From the NCBI GenBank assembly GCA_016235455.1, contig JACRKZ010000049.1:1-63519 (forward strand): a stretch of 63,519 nucleotides of DNA. Reading direction: 5' to 3'. The notes under the pieces were generated by a model. It made no database searches. It was not told the DNA's origin and was given only the letters and a program-made list of their open reading frames with translations. The stretch is from Armatimonadota bacterium. GTDB lineage: Bacteria; Armatimonadota; UBA10988. A program made the translations under genes and the position numbers. Below are positions 31,291-39,508 of this stretch, piece by piece. Numbering within the stretch: the first letter of the stretch is position 1; every line of letters begins with the position of its first letter.

Positions 31291-32580
31291 ATGGATTCTG
31301 TGCAAACGGCCTACGCGTTCTCTGACGTCGGCGCGAAGTTCACGCGCCATAGCGGCATCCTCGAGCTGATGGACGACCTCGGCCGGGCCATGACCATCCA
31401 TCCCGACATGCTCATGCTCGGCGGTGGCAACCCCGCCGCGGTGCCGCAGATGCAGGCGCTGTGGCGCGAGCAGATGAACCGCCTCATGGCCGATGGCGAT
31501 GCCTTCGACCGGCTGCTGGCCAACTACAATCCGCCCCAGGGCAACCCACATTTCGTCGCCGCGTTCGCCGCGATGTTGCAGCGCGAACTGGGCTGGCCGG
31601 TTGGCCCCGAGCACGTTGTGGTCACCAGTGGCGAGCAGTCGGGCCTGTTCTTCCTGTTCAACCTGCTCGCCGGCCGGGTCGACGGCCGACCGGCACGCCG
31701 CATCTTGCTGCCCATGGCGCCTGAGTACATCGGCTACGCCGACCAGGGACTGAGCGAGGACATGTTCGTCACGCTGCGGCCGACCATCTCGTGGCCACAT
31801 GGCGAAGAGGCGCACATCTTCAAGTACCACCTCGACCTGGACGCCGTGGCCGACCGCCTGGCCCAAGGCGACATCGCCGCGGTGGCCATCTCGCGGCCGT
31901 GCAACCCGACGGGCAACGTGCTGGACCACGACGAACTCATCGCCCTGACCGAGCTGACCGAACGCTTCGGCGTGCTGCTCATCGTCGACGGCGCCTACGG
32001 CGTGCCATTCCCCGGCATCGTCTTCGGCGAGGCGGAGCCGCACTGGGCGCCGCATGTGGTGCATACCTTCAGCCTGAGCAAGCTGGGGCTGCCGGGCACG
32101 CGCACGGGCATCATCGTCGGGCCGCCCGAGATCACCGCCGCGTTGGGCTCGATGGTGGCCATCGTCGGCCTGGCCAACAGCAACCTGGGCCAGCAGCTGG
32201 TGCTGCCGCTGGTAGAGTCGGGCGAACTGCTGACCTGCGGGCCGAAGGTGCTGCGCCCGTTCTACGCCGCGCGCAGCCTGGCCGCGCAAAACGCGGTGCG
32301 CGAGTTTGTCGGCGAGCGTATCGACCAGTGGGCCATGCATGAGAGCCAGGGCGCGTTCTTCCTATGGCTCTGGCTGCGCGGACTGCCCATCACCACGCGC
32401 GACCTCTACCAGCGGCTCAAGGAGCGTGGCGTGCTGGTGGTGCCAGGCGAGTACTTCTTCTACGGGCTGGCAGAGCCCTGGGCCCATCAGCACGAATGCC
32501 TCCGCGTCAGCTTCGCGCAAGCGCCCGAAGTGGTTCGCGAAGGCATTCGGCTGTTGGGAGAGGAGCTGAGTTGCGCGTAA
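31291..32580 (+). CDS. avtA: Valine--pyruvate transaminase
   Basis: KFTRHSGILELMDDL, MLGGGNPA, PEYIGYAD, SRPCNPTGNV, DGAYGVPFP and PLP-Lys in SLSKLGLPG. Confidence 0.88.
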   Translation: MDSVQTAYAFSDVGAKFTRHSGILELMDDLGRAMTIHPDMLMLGGGNPAAVPQMQALWREQMNRLMADGDAFDRLLANYNPPQGNPHFVAAFAAMLQRELGWPVGPEHVVVTSGEQSGLFFLFNLLAGRVDGRPARRILLPMAPEYIGYADQGLSEDMFVTLRPTISWPHGEEAHIFKYHLDLDAVADRLAQGDIAAVAISRPCNPTGNVLDHDELIALTELTERFGVLLIVDGAYGVPFPGIVFGEAEPHWAPHVVHTFSLSKLGLPGTRTGIIVGPPEITAALGSMVAIVGLANSNLGQQLVLPLVESGELLTCGPKVLRPFYAARSLAAQNAVREFVGERIDQWAMHESQGAFFLWLWLRGLPITTRDLYQRLKERGVLVVPGEYFFYGLAEPWAHQHECLRVSFAQAPEVVREGIRLLGEELSCA

Positions 32581-33261
32581 TCAGGGCTCGAAATGGTAGT
32601 CGCCATTCGGGTTCGGATAGACGATGTACTCGGGTCGCACCCACTTGGCATGGCCGTCGCAGAAGGCCACGTTGCTGCCGCCCAGATGCCGGCCCGAGGC
32701 GATGTTGCCCGGCGGGACCAGGTAGGCGTCGTCCGTGGTGCCTTGCACGCCCGTGCTCTCCTCAAGGATGAGGAAAGTGCCCGCGGGTGCCTTGATCTTG
32801 GTGATCTTGCGCCCTTGGTGGTAGCCCTGGATGCCCGGGTTGTTCTGGCTCAGCATCGCGTTCATGGCGTAGCTGTTGCCCTGCTTCGACTGGTCAATCG
32901 GGCAGACGAAGACCTGCGCGTTCTTCAGGTAGTCGTTCAGGCTGCCCAAGGACGGGTTGAAATCGCCGGGGTTGCCGTTCGGGTAGGCGCGGTACCACAT
33001 CCAGCCGCCGGTCTGCAGGTTGCCCGCGGCGTTGTCCCACATGGAGGGCAGGCGCCCGTCCCAGTCCTGCACATACATGGCCACGCTGTTGCCCACCTGC
33101 TTGAGGTTGCTGAGGCAACTCGCGCCCTGCGCCTTGACCCGCGCCTTGGCGAAGACCGGGAACAAAATGGCGGCCAGAATCGCGATGATCGCGATCACCA
33201 CCAGCAACTCGATCAGTGTGAAACCGCGACGCCGTGTGTGCGTGTGCATGGCCGTCTCCAT
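32581..33261 (-). CDS. Prepilin-type cleavage/methylation and H-X9-DG domain protein (DUF1559-like)
   Basis: [25 protein letters not shown] and canonical [16 protein letters not shown]. Start may be 33249. Confidence 0.9.
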   Translation of the reverse strand: METAMHTHTRRRGFTLIELLVVIAIIAILAAILFPVFAKARVKAQGASCLSNLKQVGNSVAMYVQDWDGRLPSMWDNAAGNLQTGGWMWYRAYPNGNPGDFNPSLGSLNDYLKNAQVFVCPIDQSKQGNSYAMNAMLSQNNPGIQGYHQGRKITKIKAPAGTFLILEESTGVQGTTDDAYLVPPGNIASGRHLGGSNVAFCDGHAKWVRPEYIVYPNPNGDYHFEP

Positions 33262-33340
33262 CCCCTGATAAGCCTATGCCCGTCATCAACACAAATGAAA
33301 CAGCAACGGAGTCTTAGTTGCGCAACAATCGGCATACTGC

Positions 33341-33875
33341 TCAACGTTCGTAGCGAAAATGGCCTTCGGGGTCGGGGTAGCGCACCGCGTCCCAGCGCAG
33401 CCACTTGGCGTGGCCGTCGCAGAACGTGTAGTTGCCGCCGTCGATATGCCGGCCCGTGCCCACATCGCCGCCCAGCGGGTACTGGTAGCCGTCGTTGGTC
33501 GAGCCATGGTCGTATGGGACACTCGTAGATGCCGGCCGACTTCACGTACGGGTAGAGACTGCCATAGTCGGGCCGGAAGTCACCTTCGCGGCCGTTGGGG
33601 AAGCTGCGGTACCAGACCCAGCCGCCATAGCGCAGGTTGCCATCGGCGTGGGCCCACATGGCCGGCGGGTGCTGGTCGTAGTCGGAGGCATACATCAGCG
33701 CCGCCGTGCCAAGCTGCTTCATGTTGCTCAGGCAGCTGATTGAGTCGGCCTTCTCGCGCGCCTTGTGCAGCACGGGGAAGACAATCGCCGCCAGGATCGC
33801 GATGATCGCGATGACGATGAGCAACTCGACGATGGTGAAGGCAGCACTGCGCCTGGTCAAGGCCGGACCTCGCAT
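33341..33875 (-). pseudogene. DUF1559-like prepilin paralogue with an internal deletion and frameshift
   Basis: [17 protein letters not shown]...YECP, then a frame change near 33515 gives YDHGSTNDGY...[20 protein letters not shown]...FRYER*. About 49 residues present in the neighbouring paralogue are missing. Confidence 0.8.
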
Positions 33876-33911
33876 GGAGGGGAGTGTACCCAGTCGTGGC
33901 GGCGGGGAACC

Positions 33912-36900
33912 CTACCCGATTGTCATCTTCGGCAACATAACTGTCTGTGTGGTGCTCGGGTCGTAGGTGGCCTCGACGACGACCGGCGGCGGCGTGATCT
34001 CGGCGGCATCGGCGCGGGCGCGCAGTCGCACGCTGACCTCGGCCACCTGGTTGGGCGCCAGCGTGCCGATGGCCAGGCGCACGGCGTCGCCGTCGCGCGA
34101 GGCCAGCGCCTGCGCCGGCGCAAATCCGGCGGGTATGGGCAGCATCGCCGTCACGGCGGGCACGGCCTGATTGCCGGTGTTGCGCACGCGCAGCGTGGCC
34201 GTCACCTCGCCGCCGGGCGCTACCCGGTTGGCACTCCACGAGGCGGACACACCGAACCCGCTGGGCTGGGGCTCGGGCGCGACGGGGTTGTAGGCCAGCC
34301 GATAGGACCAAGCCGGTCTGCCGCGGCCACTGAAGCTGATCACCAGCGGCTGCGCGCCCGGCGCTGGCGAGGCCAACGTCACCACGCTGTTGGCGCCGGA
34401 GTCCGGATCGAGCGAGCCGCCGCCGACCTTGGCGCCGGCCAGCGTCACGGTCACCGCGCCGCGCGCCGCGCCCGGCGCGGGATCGACCGCGACCAGCGCC
34501 CGAACCGCGGCCACGGTGGCGCGCACCGAACCCCATGTGCCGTCCGGCTGCTGGCGGTGGCGCAGCCAGTCGGCGCCGCTGCGAGCGACAGCTGGGGCCA
34601 TGCGCGCGGCGGTGAGCGCCTGCACCACGAGCGCCGTGGTCTCCACGGCGGCGCCGCGACCCGTGGCTCCCGTGGCCACCGGCTGCGGGCCAGGATACCA
34701 ACTGGCGCCCTCGGGCCGGTCATCGCGCAGATTGACCAGCTTGCCCAGAATGGGTCGCGCTGCCTCGGCCCGGTCCAGCGCCTGCAACGCCTGCGCGGCG
34801 GCCACCAGCGTGTAGGCGTCGCCGGCGCCGGCCACACGTTCGGTGAGCTGGCTGGCCGCGGCGGCGACGCGCTCGGCCTGCGTACCCTCCAACCCGGCTA
34901 AGGAGGTTATGACCAGAGCCGCCGTGCGCAGCCCGCTGTCGGGCTGATCGAGCCCCAGCGCAGGGCCTTCGGCCAGCCACAAGCCCGATCCCGTCTGCTG
35001 CTTGGAGCCCAGCCAGTGCCGCGTGCGCAGCAGCAACGCGGGGTCGACGTCGGTGTAGTTGCCCACCTCGCGCAGCGCCACCAGCACCCGCGCAGTGAGC
35101 AGCTTGGACGGCGGCAGGCCGGCCGACGGCGCGAACCCACCCGTGGCCAGGCCCTTGCCGTCGTGTGCCTCGAAGGTCAGCAATCGCTGCGCCGCGCGTT
35201 GCGCATCGGGCAGCAGCCGGTCGCGTTGCGCGTCACTGGTCGCACCGCCCCCGCGCGCCAGCGACAGGCGCAAGGCGGCCGCCTCGGCTTGCGCGGCGGC
35301 CTCGTCCGCGGTGAACGCCGGGCGACGCACGGCGCGGCTGAGCGCTTGGTCCAGCGGCGCCCGCGGGTCGGCCCAGACCTGCAGGTCGAGCCGCCGGCCG
35401 GCTGCCGCGGCGGGCACATCCAGGGTCACTGTCTGCCTGTCGTCGAGAGTGCCCGTACGGCAGCGCTGTACGCGCGGGCCGCTGGGCACGACGTCGACCG
35501 CGCAGTCCTGTTCCGCGGTCAGGTCCGCGCTCTGGGCACGCACCCGCAGCTTGGCGCGTCCGGCCTCCACGGCCACCACCGGTACATTGAGCCGGAGCCG
35601 GCCGCCACGTGGCAGCAACACCCGCTGCGTCGGCGCGCTGGCCAGGTCGAGCCCGTTTTCCGCACTGGCGGTCAGCACCGCCGGCACCGCCAGATCCAGT
35701 GGGTTGGCGATGGTCACCGGCACGCTCAGGCGGTCGCCTTGGCACACCTGATCGGGCATATCCACCGACACCGCCAGGCGGGCCGGCGCCGGCAGCAGGC
35801 TCTCGGTGATCGCCGCTTGACCATCGGCGGCCAGCGCCTCGGCACGCACCTGCCACAGCCCCGAATGCGCGGGCCAACGCCACAGCGATTGGCCGCTGCT
35901 GTCGATATTGAGCAGCGAGCCGGGTCCTACCCCACTGGGCAGCCAGCGCTCCGTGCTGGCCGCGGCATCGACCGTGTCGAGTGGCGGCGGTGGGTCTAGC
36001 CGCGGATACCAGTTCGGCGCCGGTGCCACCGCGGACTCGGCCAGCCCGCGCGCCTGATTGCCCGCCAACCGCAGCCCGCCGGCCACGGCGCCCGCCACGA
36101 GCAGCGCGATGGCCAGCAGGCCATAGCCCGCCCAGGCACCTCGCCGATGCACCTGCGGCACCCGGCCCCAGCGGTGGCGCTCGGCGTGTGGCACGTACTC
36201 ATAGGGGTCGCGGTAAGTCTGGACCAGCCACAGCAGCGCGATCAGCAGCACCAGTGCGCCCACACCCGTGGCCACCCACGGGGCGCGTTTGAAGTAGGCC
36301 GTCTGCCGGCCCAACGCGCGAGCCTGGGCCTCATGGTAGCTGTTGGCTGCGGCCAGCGGCGCGTCGGGCGCCATCGGCTCACGCCACGCCGGCGGCCGGG
36401 ACACGCCGGTCGAGGCCACCATGGCGGCAACGCCCTTGGGGCTGGCGAAGAGCAGCAACTGGGCGGGCTTGGGCCGACCCTCGCCATCTTCGCAACGCAC
36501 GGAGACGCTGCTGTCATCGGCATCGCGTCGCGCCACCGAGATTCGCAGGTCGGACTGCGACGGCACATCGACGCGCGCGAAGCCCGTGCGCCAGCCACTA
36601 CGCGTGCCCGGCGCGTAGGCGCGCAGCAGCAACCGGCCGGCGACGCCGCGCGGCACCTCCATGACCAGCCCGCCGCTGCCGCGAGTCAGGCTCAGGCTGC
36701 GCGCCGAGATGCTGCGCCCGTCGGCCAGCAGATCGAGGTAGGCTGGCCCGGTCATCGATTCGGTGGCGCGTACCGTCACATAGACCGAGCGCGAGTCACC
36801 CACCGCGGCGGTCTGCACGGCCAGCGCGGCGCGTCCGTCGGCGGCGGTGAGCGCGAACTCCTGGTCGTAGCGGCGCCCCTCGGTCTCGGCGCGCAGTTGC

Positions 36901-38381
36901 AGGCGGTTGGCGCCGACACGCGGCTGCACCGAGAGCGTCGCGCGGCCCTGCGAGTCGGTCCACAACGAGGCGTGCTGGTCGTTGAACCAGGCGTCGATGT
37001 TGGCCAGCACCGGCGAGCCGTCGGGTCGTTGCGCGGTGAACGCCAAGGGGTTGTCGAGTCCGGCCACGAGGCCGGTGACTCCGGCATCGAGGGCCAGCAC
37101 CACGGCGCGCGGCGCCGCCGCCAGCCGGGCCTCGGCCCAGCCCTGCTCCGCATCCACCGACGTCACCCGCGCGTCGAGCAGCGCCAGCCCCGGCTGACTG
37201 AAACCGGGCGCTGGCAGCGAGAAGTCCCAACGGCCGGCGTCGTCGAGCTGCCCGCTGGCCGAGGCCACCGCGTCGCCCACGCGCAGGTCGATGGCCACGC
37301 TCGCGCCGGCGCTGGGTGTGCCGCCCGACGTGCTGGCCAGCACCGCGCCGCGCACCATCTGGCCCGCCACCACATAGCGTTCGGCGGTCTCCACGCGGCA
37401 GGTCAGCGCCTCGCCCAGCGCCGGCGTCAGCGCCAGGCGCCGCACACAGCGCGGCTCGTCGCCGAGTTGCAGCGTCACCGGCTGCGGCGACAGGTAGCGA
37501 CTGGTGGGCACGCGCAGCAGCGCCTGACCGTGGTCTGACAGCGTCACGCTGCCGCTGGCCAGGCGGACGCCGCGGCCCAGCAGCAGCCAGGGCACGGTCT
37601 GGCCCCCGACCGGCCGGCCGCTGCCGGCATCCACGGCTTGCACGCGTGCCACCAGGTCGCAGCCGGCCGGCACGCGCGCCGCGGCGGGATCGACACGGTA
37701 GACCGTGCGTCGCTGCAGGTCGAGCGCCAGGGCCGTGCCGGCCCAGCCCCAGGGGCTCTGCACGTGGGCGTAGAGGGTGGCATTGCCGGGCTCGAACTCG
37801 GCCGGCAAGGTCAGCCCGGCATCGACGCTGCCCTGGCCGTTGGTGCGCAGTTCGGCGAGCGTGGCGCGGCGGTGGCCCTGGGCCAGCACGAGCCGCACCT
37901 GGGCACCAGTCAACGGCTTGTCGTGGCCACGGTCGCGCAGCAGCACGCGCACCGCCACCGGCCGGCCCAGCAGCCACTGGTTCTCGGCCAGCAGGCGGCA
38001 TTCCACCGGGCTCACCGAGGGCGCCCACGGATGCAGCCAGAAGAGCTGGGCCAGCACCACCAGCAGCCCCAGCTCCAGCGCCCAGCGCAGTCGCGTGAGC
38101 GTGGGGGTCAGGCCAAAGCGATGCCACCAACGTTGCGCGGTGGACAGCTGTCGCACCTGCGCCATGACCTCGTCGACAAAGGCGTCGTCGGTGGGCCGGG
38201 GGGTGATGGTCTCATCGAGCAGGTCGATGAGCCGCGCCGCCTGGGCGAAATCAGCCACGGCCTCGGGGTGTTCGGCGAGGTAGGCTTCGACTGCCGAGCG
38301 CTCGTCGTCCGCGAGTTCCCCATCGAGATAGAGGGGGATCATGGCGACCAGATCGGCCTGGCTGTAGCGGCCAGTGGCCAT
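33912..38381 (-). CDS. Anti-sigma-factor-like N-terminal domain fused to a bacterial alpha-2-macroglobulin-like body (thioester motif absent)
   Basis: N-terminus IPLYLDGELADDERSAVEAYL followed by a TM helix. A2M-type segments include VSVDMPDQVCQGDRLSVPVTIAN, QRLLTFE, VETTAL, QQPDGTWGSVRATVAAVRAL and C-terminal LPIPAGF...ATYDP. Confidence 0.78.
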   Translation of the reverse strand: MATGRYSQADLVAMIPLYLDGELADDERSAVEAYLAEHPEAVADFAQAARLIDLLDETITPRPTDDAFVDEVMAQVRQLSTAQRWWHRFGLTPTLTRLRWALELGLLVVLAQLFWLHPWAPSVSPVECRLLAENQWLLGRPVAVRVLLRDRGHDKPLTGAQVRLVLAQGHRRATLAELRTNGQGSVDAGLTLPAEFEPGNATLYAHVQSPWGWAGTALALDLQRRTVYRVDPAAARVPAGCDLVARVQAVDAGSGRPVGGQTVPWLLLGRGVRLASGSVTLSDHGQALLRVPTSRYLSPQPVTLQLGDEPRCVRRLALTPALGEALTCRVETAERYVVAGQMVRGAVLASTSGGTPSAGASVAIDLRVGDAVASASGQLDDAGRWDFSLPAPGFSQPGLALLDARVTSVDAEQGWAEARLAAAPRAVVLALDAGVTGLVAGLDNPLAFTAQRPDGSPVLANIDAWFNDQHASLWTDSQGRATLSVQPRVGANRLQLRAETEGRRYDQEFALTAADGRAALAVQTAAVGDSRSVYVTVRATESMTGPAYLDLLADGRSISARSLSLTRGSGGLVMEVPRGVAGRLLLRAYAPGTRSGWRTGFARVDVPSQSDLRISVARRDADDSSVSVRCEDGEGRPKPAQLLLFASPKGVAAMVASTGVSRPPAWREPMAPDAPLAAANSYHEAQARALGRQTAYFKRAPWVATGVGALVLLIALLWLVQTYRDPYEYVPHAERHRWGRVPQVHRRGAWAGYGLLAIALLVAGAVAGGLRLAGNQARGLAESAVAPAPNWYPRLDPPPPLDTVDAAASTERWLPSGVGPGSLLNIDSSGQSLWRWPAHSGLWQVRAEALAADGQAAITESLLPAPARLAVSVDMPDQVCQGDRLSVPVTIANPLDLAVPAVLTASAENGLDLASAPTQRVLLPRGGRLRLNVPVVAVEAGRAKLRVRAQSADLTAEQDCAVDVVPSGPRVQRCRTGTLDDRQTVTLDVPAAAAGRRLDLQVWADPRAPLDQALSRAVRRPAFTADEAAAQAEAAALRLSLARGGGATSDAQRDRLLPDAQRAAQRLLTFEAHDGKGLATGGFAPSAGLPPSKLLTARVLVALREVGNYTDVDPALLLRTRHWLGSKQQTGSGLWLAEGPALGLDQPDSGLRTAALVITSLAGLEGTQAERVAAAASQLTERVAGAGDAYTLVAAAQALQALDRAEAARPILGKLVNLRDDRPEGASWYPGPQPVATGATGRGAAVETTALVVQALTAARMAPAVARSGADWLRHRQQPDGTWGSVRATVAAVRALVAVDPAPGAARGAVTVTLAGAKVGGGSLDPDSGANSVVTLASPAPGAQPLVISFSGRGRPAWSYRLAYNPVAPEPQPSGFGVSASWSANRVAPGGEVTATLRVRNTGNQAVPAVTAMLPIPAGFAPAQALASRDGDAVRLAIGTLAPNQVAEVSVRLRARADAAEITPPPVVVEATYDPSTTQTVMLPKMTIG

Positions 38382-38393
38382 GGGTAGCGGTTG

Positions 38394-39002
38394 CTAGTCC
38401 TCGTCCTCCAGCGCCAGGTCATGACCCAGGCGCTGGCGGAGCATCTCACGCGCGGTGCGCAGGCGATGCTCGACGGTGCTGGCGGGCAGGGAGAGGATCT
38501 CCGCGATCTGCTTGTAGCTCAGGTCATTGAGGTGCCGCAGCACAACAACCACGCGGTACTTGGTGGGCAGATCGTTGACCGCCTTGAGGACTTCGCGCCG
38601 CAACTCCTCGCGGCCATGCAGATCGGCGGTCGATTCAACAATCGCGTCGGCCGACGGCAGCGCCTCGGGATCGGGGAAGGAACCCTCGATGCTCACGGGG
38701 CGGTGCTTTTGACTGCGTAGCCAGCTCCGGCAAAGATTGCCCGCGATGGTATAGAGCCAACTGGAGAACTTGGCGCCCGGACGGAAGCGCGACAGTGCCG
38801 AGAAAGCCTTGATGAAGCTCTGCTGGGCCAGGTCGCGCGCCTCTTCCGGGTCGCCGGTGATGTGGAGTGCGAAGCCGTAGACAGGTTCGCGGTAGCGGTT
38901 CACGAGCTCAGCGAAATGCTCGGCATCGGTGCGGCAGAGCGCCACCACCGCCTCATCGCTGACCGCCTGCATGCCACCCGCTGCCTGAACCGTCTGTCGC
39001 AT
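38394..39002 (-). CDS. ECF-family RNA polymerase sigma-70 factor
   Basis: Region 2 FAELVNRY...EARDLAQQSFIKAF...FSSWLYTIAGN and region 4 LSYKQIAEILSLPASTVEHRLRTAR. Start 39002 has a GAGGG RBS; 38972 is an alternative. Confidence 0.93.
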   Translation of the reverse strand: MRQTVQAAGGMQAVSDEAVVALCRTDAEHFAELVNRYREPVYGFALHITGDPEEARDLAQQSFIKAFSALSRFRPGAKFSSWLYTIAGNLCRSWLRSQKHRPVSIEGSFPDPEALPSADAIVESTADLHGREELRREVLKAVNDLPTKYRVVVVLRHLNDLSYKQIAEILSLPASTVEHRLRTAREMLRQRLGHDLALEDED

Positions 39003-39143
39003 AGAACGCCCTCGGTTCGACTCACTTGTACCAACCGCGGAACAACCGGTACTCATTATACGCGCGTGCGCACGGTTGTACGCGGTCAATCCAGGCATTT
39101 TGACAGGTGCGGCGCGGACTTGGTGCAGCCACCCCAAAACAGC

Positions 39144-39176
39144 AAACCGCCTCGATCACCGAAGTGGTCGAGACGG
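39144..39176 (-). terminator. Rho-independent terminator after the small basic protein
   Basis: On the minus strand: CCGTCTCGACCAC-TTCG-GTGATCGAGGCGG followed by TTTGCTGTTTT. Confidence 0.75.
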
Positions 39177-39200
39177 CCTACGGAAAACTGGGGGTACAAC

Positions 39201-39383
39201 CTATCGGTTGGACTCGGCCTGCTTGCGCTGCTTCTGCGCCTTCTTGCGCTTCTTGGCCCGCGATTCCTCGACGGCGCGCTTGCGGCCGCCGATCTCGCCG
39301 GCGATGTCGTCGTCCACGCGGCGGTCTAGCTCATGCAGACGCGCGGGTTCGAAGTCCTTCAATCGCTCCATGTCCAGAGCCAC
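39201..39383 (-). CDS. Small (60 aa) protein with Lys/Arg-rich C-terminus
   Basis: AGAGGAG RBS before GTG, host-like codon usage, and its own terminator downstream. Confidence 0.65.
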   Translation of the reverse strand: MALDMERLKDFEPARLHELDRRVDDDIAGEIGGRKRAVEESRAKKRKKAQKQRKQAESNR

Positions 39384-39508
39384 GGGCTCAGCTCCTCTTC
39401 TCTAACTTGACCACGGAATGCTACCAGCGGACGGCCTAGCTGTCAACACAGCGCGGCAGGCAACCGCTCCGACCTGGCGAATCGCGGGAGGTCGGCAGGA
39501 GTCGAGGC

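Noticed and set aside
39055-39089. Sigma-70 promoter (TTGACC...TATAAT on the minus strand) upstream of the ECF gene
   Set aside because: The spacing is 23 nt, too long for a canonical promoter. Only the -10 hexamer is credible.
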